Positions 14,425 through 30,600 of a stretch of DNA of 64,000 bases are shown piece after piece. Made by a program: the position numbers and the translations under genes. Source of the DNA: Eledone cirrhosa (taxonomy: Eukaryota); NCBI GenBank assembly GCA_964016885.1, contig OZ024741.1, forward strand, positions 396,552,001-396,616,000, in the 5' to 3' direction. The number at the start of each line of letters is the position of its first letter. Position 1 is the stretch's first letter. A model generated the notes under the pieces. It had not been told where the DNA came from and did no database searches. It saw only the letters and a list, made by a program, of their open reading frames with translations.

Positions 14425-17400
14425 TTCAATCAGTCACACCACAAGAGTCAAAGTGCATCAATCAGTCACACCACAAGGGTCAAAGTGCATCAATCAGTCA
14501 CACCACAAGGGTCAAAGTGCATCAATCAGTTACACCACAAGAGTCAAAGTGCATCAATCAGTCACACCACAAGAGTCAAAGTGCATCAATCAGTCACACC
14601 ACAAGAGTCGAAGTGAATCAATCAGTCACACCACAAGGTCAAAGTGCATCAATCAGTCACACCACAAGAGTCAAAGTGCATCAATCAGTCACACCACAAG
14701 GGTCAAATTCCTTCAATCAGTCACACCACAAGAGTCAAAGTGCATCAATCAGTCACAACACAAGAGTCAAAGTGCATCAATCAGTCACACCACAAGGATC
14801 AAATTCCTTCAATCAGTCACACCACAAGAATCAAAGTGCATCAATCAGTCACACCACAAGAGTCAAAGTGCATCAATCAGTCACACTACAAGGGTCAAAG
14901 TGCATCAATCAGTCACACCACCAGGGTCAAATTCCTTCAATCAGTCACACCACAAGGGTCAAATTCCTTCAATCAGTCACACCACAAGAGTCAAAGTGCA
15001 TCAATCAGTCACACCACGAGGGTCAAAGTGCATCAATCAGTTACAGCACAAGAGTCAAAGTGCATCAATCAGTCACACCACAAGAGTCAAAGTGCATCAA
15101 TCAGTCACACCACAAGAGTCAAAGTGCATCAATCAGTCACACCACAAGGGTCAAAGTGCATCAATCAGTCACACCACAACAGTCAAAGTGCATCAATAAG
15201 TCACACCACAAGGGTCAAATTCCTTCAATCAGTCACACCACAAGAGCCAAAGTGCATCAATCAGTCACACCACAAGGGTCAAAGTGCATCAATCAGTCAC
15301 ACCACAAGAGTCAAAGTGTTTCAATCAGTCACACCACAAGGGTCAAAGTGCATCAATCAGTCACACCACAAGGGTCAAAGTGTTTCAATCAGTCACACCA
15401 CAAGGGTCAAAGTGCATCAATCAGTCACACCACAAGAGTCAAAGTGCATCAATCAGTCACACCACAAGGGTCAAAGTGCATCAATCAGTCACACCACAAG
15501 AGTCAAAGTGTTTCAATAAGTCACACCACAAGGGTCAAAGTGCATCAATCAGTCACACCACAAGGGTCAAAGTGCATCAATCAGTCACATCACAAGAGTC
15601 AAAGTGTTTCAATCAGTCACACCACAAGGGTCAAAGTGCATCAATCAGTCACACCACAAGGGTCAAAGTGCATCAATCAGTCACACCACAAGGGTCAAAG
15701 TGCATCAATCAGTCACACCACAAGGGTCAAATTCCTTCAATCAGTCACACCACAAGGGTCAAAGTGCATCAATCAGTCACACCACAAGGGTCAAAGTGCA
15801 TCAATCAGTCACACCACAAGGGTCAAATTCCTTCAATCAGTCACACCACAAGGGTCAAATTCCTTCAATCAGTCACACCACAAGAGTCAAAGTGCATCAA
15901 TCAGTCACACCACAAGGGTTAAAGTGCATCAATCAGTTACACCACAAGAGTCAAAGTGCATCAATCAGTCACACCACAAGAGTCAAAGTGCATCAATCAG
16001 TCACACCACAAGGGTCAAAGTGCATCAATCAGTCACACCACAACAGTCAAAGTGCATCAATAAGTCACACCACAAGGGTCAAATTCCTTCAATCAGTCAC
16101 ACCACAAGAGCCAAAGTGCATCAATCAGTCACACCACAAGAGTCAAAGTGCATCAATCAGTCACACCACAAGGGTCAAATCCTTCAATCAGTCACACCAC
16201 AAGAGTCAAAGTGCATCAATCAGTCACACCACAAGAGTCAAAGTGCATCAATCAGTCACACCACAAGGGTCAAATTCATTCAATCAGTCACACCACAAGA
16301 GTCAAAGTGCATCAATCAGTCTCACCACAAGAGTCAAAGTGCATCAATCAGCCACACCACAAGGGTCAAAGTGCATCAATCAGTCACACCACAAGGGTCA
16401 AAGTGCATCAATCAGCCACACCACAAGGGTCAAAGTGCATCAATCAGTCACACCACAAGAGTCAAAGTGCATCAATCAGCCACACCACAAGAGTCAAAGT
16501 GCATCAATCAGTTACACCACAAGAGTCAAAATGCATCAATCAGTTACACCATAAGAGTCAACGTGCATCAATCAGTCACACCACAAGGGTCAAAGTGCAT
16601 CAATCAGCCACACCACACGGGTCAAAGTGCATCAATACGTCACACCACAAGAGTCAAAGTGCATCAATCAGTCACACCACAAGGGTCAAAGTACATCAAT
16701 CAGTTACACCACAAGAGTCAAAGTGCATCAATCAGTTACACCACAAGAGTCAGAGTGCATCAATCAGTCACACCACAAGAGTCAAAGTGCATCAATCAAT
16801 CACACCACAAGGGTCAAAGTGCATCAATCAGTCACACCACAAGGGTCAAAGTGCATCAATCAGTCACACCACAAGAGTCAAAGTGCATCAATTAGTTACA
16901 CCACAAGACTCAAAGTGCATCAATCAGTCACACCACAAGAGTCAAAGTGCATCAATCAGTCACACCACAAGAGTCAAAGTGCATCAATCAGTTACACCAC
17001 AAGAGTCAAAATGCATCAATCAGTTACACCACAAGAGTCAAAGTGCATCAATCAGTCACACCACAAGAGTCAAAGTGCATCAATCAGTTACACCACAAGA
17101 GTCAAAGTGCATCAATCAGTCACACCACAAGGGTCAAAGTGCATCAATCAGTCACACCACAAGGGTCAAAGTGCATCAATCAGTTACACCACAAGAGTCA
17201 AAGTGCATCAATCAGTCACACCACAAGGGTCAAAGTGCATCAATCAGTCACACCACAAGGGTCAAAGTGCATCAATCAGACACACCACAAGGGTCAAAGT
17301 GCATCAATCAGTTACACCACAAGAGTCAAAGTGCATCAATCAGTCACACCACAAGGGTCAAAGTGCATCAATCAGTCACACCACAAGGGTCAAAGTGCAT

Positions 17401-20400
17401 CAATCAGTCACACCACAAGAGTCAAAGTGCATCAATCAGTTACACCACAAGAGTCAAAGTGCATCAATCAGTCACACCACAAGGGTCAAAGTGCATCAAT
17501 CAGTCACACCACAAGGGTCAAAGTGCATCAATCAGTTACACCACAAGAGTCAAAGTGCATCAATCAGTCACACCACAAGAGTCAAAGTGCATCAATCAGT
17601 CACACCACAAGAGTCAAAGTGAATCAATCAGTCACACCACAAGGGTCAAAGTGCATCAATCAGTCACACCACAAGAGTCAAAGTGCATCAATCAGTCACA
17701 CCACAAGGGTCAAAGTGCATCAATCAGTCACACCACAACAGTCAAAGTGCATCAATAAGTCACACCACAAGGGTCAAATTCCTTCAATCAGTCACACCAC
17801 AAGAGCCAAAGTGCATCAATCAGTCACACCACAAGAGTCAAAGTGCATCAATCAGTCACACCACAAAGGTCAAATTCCTTCAATCAGTCACACCACAAGA
17901 GTCAAAGTGCATCAATCAGTCACACCACAAGTGTCAAAGTGCATCAATCAGTCACACCACAAGGGTCAAATTCATTCAATCAGTCACACCACAAGAGTCA
18001 AAGTGCATCAATCAGTCACACCACAAGAGTCAAAGTGCATCAATCAGCCACACCACAAGGGTCAAAGTGCATCAATCAGTCACACCACAAGGGTCAAAGT
18101 GCATCAATCAGTCACACCACAAGGGTCAAAGTGCATCAATCAGTCACACCACAAGGGTCAAAGTGCATCAATCAGTCACACCACAAGGGTCAAAGTGCAT
18201 CAATCACACACACCACAAGAGTCAAAGTGCATCAATCAGTCACACCACAAGAGTCAAAGTGCATCAATCAGTCACACCACAAGGGTCAAATTCCTTCAAT
18301 CAGTCACACCACAAGGGTCAAAGTGCATCAATCAGTCACACCACAAGAGTCAAAGTGCATCAATCAGTCACACCACAAGGGTCAAAGTGCATCAATCAGT
18401 CACACCACAAGGGTCAAAGTGCATCAATCAGTCACACCACAAGAGTCAAAGTGCATCAATCAGTCACACCACAAGGGTCAAAGTGCATCAATCAGTCACA
18501 CCACAAGAGTCAAAGTGCATCAATCAGCCACACCACAAGGGTCAAAGTGCATCAATCAGTCACACCACAAGGGTCAAAGTGCATCAATCAGCCACACCAC
18601 AAGGGTCAAAGTGCATCAATCAGTCACACCACAAGGGTCAAAGTGCATCAATCAGTCACACCACAAGAGTCAAAGTGCATCAATCAGTCACACCACAAGG
18701 GTCAAAGTGCATCAATCAGTCACACCACAAGAGTCAAGGGGCACCAATCAGTCACACCACAAGGGTCAAATTCCTTCAATCAGTCACACCACAAGGCTCA
18801 AAGGGCATCAATCAGTCACACCTCAAGACTCAAAGTGCATCAATCAGTCACACCACAAGGGTCAAAGTGCATCAATCAGTGACACCACGAGAGTCAAAGT
18901 GCATCAATCAGTCACACGACAAGGGTCAAAGTGCATCAATCAGTCACACCACAAGGGTCAAAGTGCATCAATCAGTAACACCACAAGAGTCAAACAGCAT
19001 CAATCAGTCACACCACAAGGGTCAACGTGCATCAATCAGTCACACCACAAGGGTCAAAGTGCATCAATTAGTCACACCACAAGGGTGAAAGTGCATCAAT
19101 CAGTCACACCACAAGGGTCAAAGTGCATCCATCAGCCACACCACAAGGGTCAAAGTGCATCTATCAGTCACACCACAAGAGTCAAAGTGCATCAATCAGC
19201 CACACCACAAGAGTCAAAGTGCATCAATCAGTTACACCACAAGAGTCAAAGTGCACCTATCAGTCACACCACAAGAGTCAAAGTGCATCAATCAGTCCCA
19301 CCACAAGAGTCAAAGTGCATCAATCAGTTACACCACAAGAGTCAAAGTGCATCAATCAGTCACACCACAAGGGTCAAAGTGCATCAATCAGCCACACCAC
19401 AAGGGTCAAAGTGCATCAATCAGTCACACCACAAGAGTCAAAGTGCATCAATCAGTCACACCACAAGGGTCAAAGTGCATCAATCAGTTACACCACAAGA
19501 GTCAATGTGCATCAATCAGTTACACCACAAGAGTCAAAGTGCATCAATCAGACACACCACAAGGGTCAAAGTGCATCAATCAGTTACACCACAAGAGTCA
19601 AAGTGCATCAATGAGTTACACCACAAGAGTCAAAGTGCATCAATCAGTCACACCACAAGGGTCAAAGTGCATCAATCAGTCACACCACAAGGGTCAAAGT
19701 GCATCAATCAGTCAGACCACAAGGGTCAAAGTGCATCAATCAGTCACACCACAAGTGTCAAAGTGCATCAATCAGTCACACCACAAGAGTCAAAGTGCAT
19801 CAATGAGTCACACCACAAGGGTCAAAGTGCATCAATCAGTCACACCACAAGGGTCAAAGTGCATCAATCATTCACACCACAAGGGTCAAAGTGCATCAAT
19901 CAGTCGCACCACAAGGGTCAAAGTGCATCAAATCAATCAGTCACACCACAAGAGTCAAAGTGCATCAATCAGTCACACCACAAGGGTCAAATTCCTTCAA
20001 TCAGTCACACCACAAGGGTCAAAGTGCATCAATCAGTCACACCACAAGGGTCAAAGTGCATCAATCAGTCACACCACAAGAGTCAAAGTGCTTCAATCAG
20101 TCACACCACAAGGGTCAAATTCCTTCAATCAGTCACACCACAAGGGTCAAAGTGCATCAATCAGTCACACCAGAAGGGTCAAAGTGCATCAATCAGTCAC
20201 ACCACAAGGGTCAAAGTGCATCAATCAGTCACACCACAAGGGTCAAAGTGCATCAATCAGTCACACCACAAGAGTCAAAGTGCATCAATCAGTCACACCA
20301 CAAGAGTCAAAGTGCTTCAATCAGTCACACCACAAGGGTCAAATTCCTTCAATCAGTCACACCACAAGGGTCAAAGTGCATCAATCAGTCACACCACAAG

Positions 20401-23400
20401 GGTCAAAGTGCATCAATCAGTCACACCACAAGGGTCAAAGTGCATCAATCAGTCACACCACAAGGGTCAAAGTGCATCAATCAGTCACACCACAAGGGTC
20501 AAAGTGCATCACAGTCACACCACAAGTGTCAAAGTGCATCAATCAGTCACACCACAAGGGTCAAAGAGCATCAATCAGTCACACAACAAGAGTCAAAGTG
20601 CATCAATCAGCCACACCACAAGGTTAAAGTGCATCAATCAGTCACACCACAAGGGTCAAAGTGCATCAATCAGTCAGACCACAAGGGTCAAAGTGGATCA
20701 ATCAGTCACACCACAAGGGTCAAAGTGCATCAATCAATCACACCACAAGGGTCAAAGTGCATCAATCAGTCACACCACAAGAGTCAAGGGGCACCAATCA
20801 GTCACACCACAAGGGTCAAATTCCTTCAATCAGTCACACCACAAGGGTCAAAGTGCATCAATCAGTCACACCTCAAGAGTCAAGGGGCACCAATCAGTCA
20901 CACCACAAGGGTCAAATTCCTTCAATCAGTCACACCACAAGGGTCAAAGTGCATCAATCAGTCACACCACAAGGGTCAAAGTGCATCAATCAGTCACACC
21001 ACAAGGGTCAAAGTGCATCAATCAGTCACACCACAAGAGTCAAAGTGCATCAATCAGTCACACCACAAGGGTCAAAGTGCATCAATCAGTCACACCACAA
21101 GGGTCAAAGTGCATCAATCAGTCACACCACAAGGGTCAAAGTGCATCAATCAGTCACACCACAAGAGTCAAAGTGCATCAATCAGTCACACCACAAGGGT
21201 CAAATTCCTTCAATCAGTCACACCACAAGAGTCAAAGTGCATCAATCAGTCACACCACAAGGGTCAAAGTGCATCAATCAGTTACACCACAAGGGTCAAA
21301 GTGCATCAATCAGTCACACCACACGAGTCAAAGTGCATCAATCAGTCACACCACAAGGGTCAAAGTGCATCAATCAGTCACACCACAAGGGTCAAAGTGC
21401 ATCACAGTCACACCACAAGTGTCAAAGTGCATCAATCAGTCACACCACAAGGGTCAAAGAGCATCAATCAGTCACACAACAAGAGTCAAAGTGCATCAAT
21501 CAGCCACACCACAAGGTTAAAGTGCATCAATCAGTCACACCACAAGGGTCAAAGTGCATCAATCAGTCAGACCACAAGGGTCAAAGTGGATCAATCAGTC
21601 ACACCACAAGGGTCAAAGTGCATCAATCAATCACACCACAAGGGTCAAAGTGCATCAATCAGTCACACCACAAGAGTCAAGGGGCACCAATCAGTCACAC
21701 CACAAGGGTCAAATTCCTTCAATCAGTCACACCACAAGGGTCAAAGTGCATCAATCAGTCACACCTCAAGAGTCAAAGTGCATCAATCAGTCACACCACA
21801 AGGGTCAAAGTGCATCAATCAGTCACACCACGAGGGTCAAAGTGCATCAATCAGTCACACGACAAGGGTCAAAGTGCATCAATCAGTCACACCACAAGGG
21901 TCAAAGTGCATCAATCAGTCACACCACAAGGGTCAAAGTGCATCAATCAGTCACACCACAAGAGTCAAAGTGCATCAATCAGTCACACCACATGGGTCAA
22001 ATTCCTTCAATCAGTCACACCACAAGAGTCAAAGTGCATCAATCAGTCACACCACAAGGGTCAAAGTGCATCAATCAGTTACACCACAAGGGTCAAAGTG
22101 CATCAATCAGTCACACCACACGAGTCAAAGTGCATCAATCAGTCACACCACAAGGGTCAAAGTGCATCAATCAGTCACACCACAAGGGTCAAAGTGCATC
22201 ACAGTCACACCACAAGTGTCAAAGTGCATCAATCAGTCACACCACAAGGGTCAAAGAGCATCAATCAGTCACACAACAAGAGTCAAAGTGCATCAATCAG
22301 CCACACCACAAGGTTAAAGTGCATCAATCAGTCACACCACAAGGGTCAAAGTGCATCAATCAGTCAGACCACAAGGGTCAAAGTGGATCAATCAGTCACA
22401 CCACAAGGGTCAAAGTGCATCAATCAATCACACCACAAGGGTCAAAGTGCATCAATCAGTCACACCACAAGAGTCAAGGGGCACCAATCACTCACACCAC
22501 AAGGGTCAAATTCCTTCAATCAGTCACACCACAAGGGTCAAAGTGCATCAATCAGTCACACCTCAAGAGTCAAAGTGCATCAATCAGTCACACCACAAGG
22601 GTCAAAGTGCATCAATCAGTCACACCACGAGGGTCAAAGTGCATCAATCAGTCACACGACAAGGGTCAAAGTGCATCAATCAGTCACACCACAAGGGTCA
22701 AAGTGCATCAATCAGTCACACCACAAGGGTCAAAGTGCATCAATCAGTCACACCACAAGGGTCAAAGTGCATCAATCAGTCACACCACAAGAGTCAAAGT
22801 GCATCAATCAGTCACACCACAAGGGTCAAATTCCTTCAATCAGTCACACCACAAGAGTCAAAGTGCATCAATCAGTCACACCACAAGGGTCAAAGTGCAT
22901 CAATCAGTCACACCACAAGAGTCAAAGTGCTTCAATCAGTCACACCACAAGGGTCAAATTCCTTCAATCAGTCACACCACAAGGGTCAAAGTGCATCAAT
23001 CAGTCACACCACAAGGGTCAAAGTGCATCAATCAGTCACACCACAAGGGTCAAAGTGCATCAATCAGTCACACCACAAGAGTCAAAGTGCATCAATCAGT
23101 CACACCACAAGGGTCAAAGTGCATCAATCAGTCACACCACAAGGGTCAAAGTGCATCAATCAGTCACACCACAAGAGTCAAAGTGCATCAATCAGTCACA
23201 CCACAAGGGTCAAAGTGCATCAATCAGTCACACCACAAGGGTCAAAGTGCATCAATCAGTCACACCACAAGGGTCAAAGTGCATCAATCAGTCACACCAC
23301 AAGAGTCAAAGTGCATCAATCAGTCACACCACAAGGGTCAAATTCCTTCAATCAGTCACACCACAAGAGTCAAAGTGCATCAATCAGTCACACCACAAGC

Positions 23401-26400
23401 GTCAAAGTGCATCAATCAGTTACACCACAAGGGTCAAAGTGCATCAATCAGTCACACCACACGAGTCAAAGTGCATCAATCAGTCACACCACAAGGGTCA
23501 AAGTTCATCAATCAGTCACACCACAAGGGTCAAAGTGCATCACAGTCACACCACAAGTGTCAAAGTGCATCAATCAGTCACACCACAAGGGTCAAAGAGC
23601 ATCAATCAGTCACACAACAAGAGTCAAAGTGCATCAATCAGCCACACCACAAGGTTAAAGTGCATCAATCAGTCACACCACAAGGGTCAAAGTGCATCAA
23701 TCAGTCAGACCACAAGGGTCAAAGTGGATCAATCAGTCACACCACAAGGGTCAAAGTGCATCAATCAATCACACCACAAGGGTCAAAGTGCATCAATCAG
23801 TCACACCACAAGAGTCAAGGGGCACCAATCAGTCACACCACAAGGGTCAAATTCCTTCAATCAGTCACACCACAAGGGTCAAAGTGCATCAATCAGTCAC
23901 ACCTCAAGAGTCAAAGTGCATCAATCAGTCACACCACAAGGGTCAAAGTGCATCAATCAGTCACACCACGAGGGTCAAAGTGCATCAATCAGTCACACGA
24001 CAAGGGTCAAAGTGCATCAATCAGTCACACCACAAGGGTCAAAGTGCATCAATCAGTCACACCACAAGGGTCAAAGTGCATCAATCAGTCACACCACAAG
24101 GGTCAAAGTGCATCAATCAGTCACACCACAAGAGTCAAAGTGCATCAATCAGTCACACCACAAGGGTCAAATTCCTTCAATCAGTCACACCACAAGGGTC
24201 AAAGTGCATCAATCAGTCACACCACAAGAGTCAAAGTGCATCAATCAGTCACACCACAAGGGTCAAAGTGCATCAATCAGCCACACCACAAGGGTCAAAG
24301 TGCATCAATCAGTCACACCACAAGTGTCAAAGTGCATCAATCAGTCACACCACAAGAGTCAAAGTGCATCAATGAGTCACACCACAAGGGTCAAAGTGCA
24401 TCAATCAGTCACACCACAAGGGTCAAAGTGCATCAATCATTCACACCACAAGGGTCAAAGTGCATCAATCAGTCACACCACAAGGGTCAAAGTGCATCAA
24501 ATCAATCAGTCACACCACAAGAGTCAAAGTGCATCAATCAGTCACACCACAAGGGTCAAATTCCTTCAATCAGTCACACCACAAGGGTCAAAGTGCATCA
24601 ATCAGTCACACCACACGAGTCAAATTGCATCAATCAGTCACACCACAAGGGTCAAAGTGCATCAATCAGTTACACCACAAGGGTCAAAGTGCATCACAGT
24701 CACACCACAAGTGTCAAAGTGCATCAATCAGTCACACCACAAGGGTCAAAGTGCATCAATCAGTCACACCACAAGAGTCAAAGTGCATCAATCAGCCACA
24801 CCACAAGGGTCAAAGTGCATCAATCAGTCACACCACAAGGGTCAAAGTGCATCAATCAGTCACACCACAAGGGTCAAAGTGGATCAATCAGTCACACCAC
24901 AAGGGTCAAAGTGCATCAATCAGTCACACCACAAGGGTCAAAGTGCATCAATCAGTCACACCACAAGAGTCAAAGTGCATCAATCAGTCACACCACAAGA
25001 GTCAAGGGGCACCAATCAGTCACACCACAAGGGTCAAATTCCTTCAATCAGTCACACCACAAGGGTCAAAGGGCATCAATCAGTCACACCTCAAGACTCA
25101 AAGTGCATCAATCAGTCACACCACAAGGGTCAAAGTGCATCAATCAGTGACACCACGAGAGTCAAAGTGCATCAATCAGTCACACGACAAGGGTCAAAGT
25201 GCATCAATCAGTCACACCACAAGGGTCAAAGTGCATCAATCAGTAACACCACAAGAGTCAAACAGCATCAATCAGTCACACCACAAGGGTCAACGTGCAT
25301 CAATCAGTCACACCACAAGGGTCAAAGTGCATCAATTAGTCACACCACAAGGGTCAAAGTGCATCAATCAGTCACACCACAAGGGTCAAAGTGCATCAAT
25401 CAGCCACACCACAAGGGTCAAAGTGCATCTATCAGTCACACCACAAGAGTCAAAGTGCATCAATCAGCCACACCACAAGAGTAAAAGTGCATCAATCAGT
25501 TACACCACAAGAGTCAAAGTGCACCTATCAGTCACACCACAAGAGTCAAAGTGCATCAATCAGTCACACCACAAGAGTCAAAGTGCATCAATCAGTTACA
25601 CCACAAGAGTCAAAGTGCATCAATCAGTCACACCACAAGGGTCAAAGTGCATCAATCAACCACACCACAAGGGTCAAAGTGCATCAATCAGTCACACCAC
25701 AAGAGTCAAAGTGCATCAATCAGTCACACCACAAGGGTCAAAGTGCATCAATCAGTTACACCACAAGAGTCAATGTGCATCAATCAGTTACACCACAAGA
25801 GTCAAAGTGCATCAATCAGACACACCACAAGGGTCAAAGTGCATCAATCAGTTACACCACAAGAGTCAAAGTGCATCAATGAGTTACACCACAAGAGTCA
25901 AAGTGCATCAATCAGTCACACCACAAGGGTCAAAGTGCATCAATCAGTCACACCACAAGGGTCAAAGTGCATCAATCAGTCAGACCACAAGGGTCAAAGT
26001 GCATCAATCAGTCACACCACAAGTGTCAAAGTGCATCAATCAGTCACACCACAAGAGTCAAAGTGCATCAATGAGTCACACCACAAGGGTCAAAGTGCAT
26101 CAATCAGTCACACCACAAGGGTCAAAGTGCATCAATCATTCACACCACAAGGGTCAAAGTGCATCAATCAGTCTCACCACAAGGGTCAAAGTGCATCAAA
26201 TCAATCAGTCACACCACAAGAGTCAAAGTGCATCAATCAGTCACACCACAAGGGTCAAAGTGCATCAATCAGTCACACCACAAGGGTCAAAGTGCTTCAA
26301 TCAGTCACACCACAAGGGTCAAAGTGCATCAATCAGTCACACCACACGAGTCAAAGTGCATCAATCAGTCACACCACAAGGGTCAAAGTGCATCAATCAG

Positions 26401-27658
26401 TCACACCACAAGGGTCAAAGTGCATCACAGTCACACCACAAGTGTCAAAGTGCATCAATCAGTCACACCACAAGGGTCAAAGTGCATCAATCAGTCACAC
26501 CACAAGAGTCAAAGTGCATCAATCAGCCACACCACAAGGGTCAAAGTGCATCAATCAGTCACACCACAAGGGTCAAAGTGCATCAATCAGTGACACCACA
26601 AGGGTCAAAGTGCATCAATCAGTCACACCACAAGAGTCAAAGTGCATCAATCAGTCACACCACAAGAGTCAAGGGGCACCAATCAGTCACACCACAAGGG
26701 TCAAATTCTTTCAATCAGTCACACCACAAGGGTCAAAGTGCATCAATCAGTCACACCTCAAGACTCAAAGTGCATCAATCAGTCACACCACAAGGGTCAA
26801 AGTGCATCAATCAGTCACACCACGAGAGTCAAAGTGCATCAATCAGTCACACGACAAGGGTCAAAGTGCATCAATCAGTCACACCACAAGGGTCAAAGTG
26901 CATCAATCAGTAACACCACAAGAGTCAAACAGCATCAATCAGTCACACCACAAGGGTCAACGTGCATCAATCAGTCACACCACAAGGGTCAAAGTGCATC
27001 AATCAGTCACACCACAAGGGTCAAAGTGCATCTATCAGTCACACCACAAGAGTCAAAGTGCATCAATCAGCCACACCACAAGAGTCAAAGTGCATCAATC
27101 AGTTACACCACAAGAGTCAAAGTGCATCAATCAGTCACACCACAAGGGTCAAAGTGCATCAATCAGTCACACCACAAGAGTCAAAGTGCATCAATCAGAC
27201 ACACCACAAGAGTCAAAGTGCATCAATCAGTGACACCACAAGGGTCAAAGTGCTTCAATCAGTCACACCACAAGATTCAAAGTGTTTCAATCAGTCACAC
27301 CACAAGAGTCAAAGTGCATCAATCAGTCACACCACAAGGGTCAAATTCCTTCAATCAGTCACACCACAAGGGTCAAAGTGCATCAATCAGTCACACCACA
27401 TGGGTCAAAGTGCATCAATCAGTCACACCACAAGAGTCAAAGTGCTTCAATCAGTCACACCACAAGGGTCAAATTTCTTCAATCAGTCACACCACAAGGG
27501 TCAAAGTGCATCAATCAGTCACACCAGAAGGGTCAAAGTGCATCAATCAGTCACACCACAAGGGTCAAAGTGCATCAATCAGTCACACCACAAGGGTCAA
27601 ATTCCTTCAATCAGTCACACCACAAGAGTCAAAGTGCATCAATCAGTCACACCACAAG
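14425..27658. repeat. Copy 2 of the 13,181-bp tandem duplication
   Basis: The match to copy 1 starts at 1244/14425 and breaks at 14478/27659. The only difference I noticed is 3386 G vs 16567 A. Confidence 0.95.
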
Positions 27659-30600
27659 AGTCAAAGTGCTTCAATCAGTCACACCACAAGGGTCAAATTC
27701 CTTCAATCAGTCACACCACAAGGGTCAAAGTGCATCAATCAGTCACACCACAAGGGTCAAAGTGCATCAATCAGTCACACCACAAGGGTCAAAGTGCATC
27801 AATCAGTCACACCACAAGAGTCAAAGTGCATCAATCAGTCACACCACAAGGGTCAAAGTGCATCAATCAGTCACACCACAAGGGTCAAAGTGCATCAATC
27901 AGTCACACCACAAGAGTCAAAGTGCATCAATCAGTCACACCACAAGGGTCAAAGTGCATCAATCAGTCACACCACAAGGGTCAAAGTGCATCAATCAGTC
28001 ACACCACAAGGGTCAAAGTGCATCAATCAGTCACACCACAAGAGTCAAAGTGCATCAATCAGTCACACCACAAGGGTCAAATTCCTTCAATCAGTCACAC
28101 CACAAGAGTCAAAGTGCATCAATCAGTCACACCACAAGGGTCAAAGTGCATCAATCAGTTACACCACAAGGGTCAAAGTGCATCAATCAGTCACACCACA
28201 CGAGTCAAAGTGCATCAATCAGTCACACCACAAGGGTCAAAGTGCATCAATCAGTCACACCACAAGGGTCAAAGTGCATTACAGTCACACCACAAGTGTC
28301 AAAGTGCATCAATCAGTCACACCACAAGGGTCAAAGAGCATCAATCAGTCACACAACAAGAGTCAAAGTGCATCAATCAGCCACACCACAAGGTTAAAGT
28401 GCATCAATCAGTCACACCACAAGGGTCAAAGTGCATCAACAGTCACACCACAAGAGTCAAAGTGCATCAATCAGTCACACCACAAGGGTCAAATTCCTTC
28501 AATCAGTCACACCACAAGGGTCAAAGTGCATCAATCAGTCACACCACAAGATTCAAAGTGCATCAATCAGTCACACCACAAGGGTCAAAGTGCATCAATC
28601 AGTCACACCACGAGGGTCAAAGTGCATCAATCAGTCACACGACAAGGGTCAAAGTGCATCAATCAGTTACACCACAAGGGTCAAAGTGCATCAATCAGTC
28701 ACACCACAAGGGTCAAAGTGCATCAATCAGTCAGACCACAAGGGTCAAAGTGGATCAATCAGTCACACCACAAGAGTCAAAGTGCATCAATCAGTCACAC
28801 CACAAGGGTCAAATTCCTTCAATCAGTCACACCACAAGAGTCAAAGTGCATCAATCAGTCACACCACAAGGGTCAAAGTGCATCAATCAGTTACACCACA
28901 AGGGTCAAAGTGCATCAATCAGTCACACCACAAGGGTCAAAGTGCATCAATCAGTCAGACCACAAGGGTCAAAGTGGATCAATCAGTCACACCACAAGGG
29001 TCAAAGTGCATCAATCAGTCACACCACAAGGGTCAAATTCCTTCAATCAGTCACACCACAAGGGTCAAATTCCTTCAATCAGTCACACCACAAGGGTCAA
29101 AGTGCATCAATCAGTCACACCACAAGGGTCAAAGTGCATCAATCAATCACACCACAAGGGTCAAAGTGCATCAATCAGTCACACCACAAGAGTCAAGGGG
29201 CACCAATCAGTCACACCACAAGGGTCAAATTCCTTCAATCAGTCACACCACAAGGGTCAAAGTGCATCAATCAGTCACACCACGAGGGTCAAAGTGCATC
29301 AATCAGTCACACGACAAGGGTCAAAGTGCATCAATCAGTCACACCACAAGGGTCAAAGTGCATCAATCAGTCACACCACAAGGGTCAAAGTGCATCAATC
29401 AGTCACACCACAAGGGTCAAAGTGCATCAATCAGTCACACCACAAGAGTCAAAGTGCATCAATCAGTCACACCACAAGGGTCAAATTCCTTCAATCAGTC
29501 ACACCACAAGAGTCAAAGTGCATCAATCAGTCACACCACAAGGGTCAAAGTGCATCAATCAGTCACACCACAAGGTTCAAAGTGCATCAATCATTCACAC
29601 CACAAGGGTCAAAGTGCATCAATCAGTCACACCACAAGGGTCAAAGTGCATCAATCAGTCACACCACAAGAGTCAAAGTGCATCAATCAGTCACACCACA
29701 AGGGTCAAATTCCTTCAATCAGTCACACCACAAGGGTCAAAGTGCATCAATCAGTCACACCACAAGATTCAAAGTGCATCAATCAGTCACACCACAAGGG
29801 TCAAAGTGCATCAATCAGTCACACCACAAGGGTCAAAGTGCATCAAATCAATCAGTCACACCACAAGAGTCAAAGTGCATCAATCAGTCACACCACAAGG
29901 GTCAAATTCCTTCAATCAGTCACACCACAAGGGTCAAAGTGCATCAATCAGTCACACCACACGAGTCAAATTGCATCAATCAGTCACACCACAAGGGTCA
30001 AAGTGCATCAATCAGTTACACCACAAGGGTCAAAGTGCATCACAGTCACACCACAAGTGTCAAAGTGCATCAATCAGTCACACCACAAGGGTCAAAGTGC
30101 ATCAATCAGTCACACCACAAGAGTCAAAGTGCATCAATCAGCCACACCACAAGGGTCAAAGTGCATCAATCAGTCACACCACAAGGGTCAAAGTGCATCA
30201 ATCAGTCACACCACAAGGGTCAAAGTGGATCAATCAGTCACACCACAAGGGTCAAAGTGCATCAATCAGTCACACCACAAGGGTCAAAGTGCATCAATCA
30301 GTCACACCACAAGAGTCAAAGTGCATCAATCAGTCACACCACAAGAGTCAAGGGGCACCAATCAGTCACACCACAAGGGTCAAATTCCTTCAATCAGTCA
30401 CACCACAAGGGTCAAAGGGCATCAATCAGTCACACCTCAAGACTCAAAGTGCATCAATCAGTCACACCACAAGGGTCAAAGTGCATCAATCAGTGACACC
30501 ACGAGAGTCAAAGTGCATCAATCAGTCACACGACAAGGGTCAAAGTGCATCAATCAGTCACACCACAAGGGTCAAAGTGCATCAATCAGTAACACCACAA

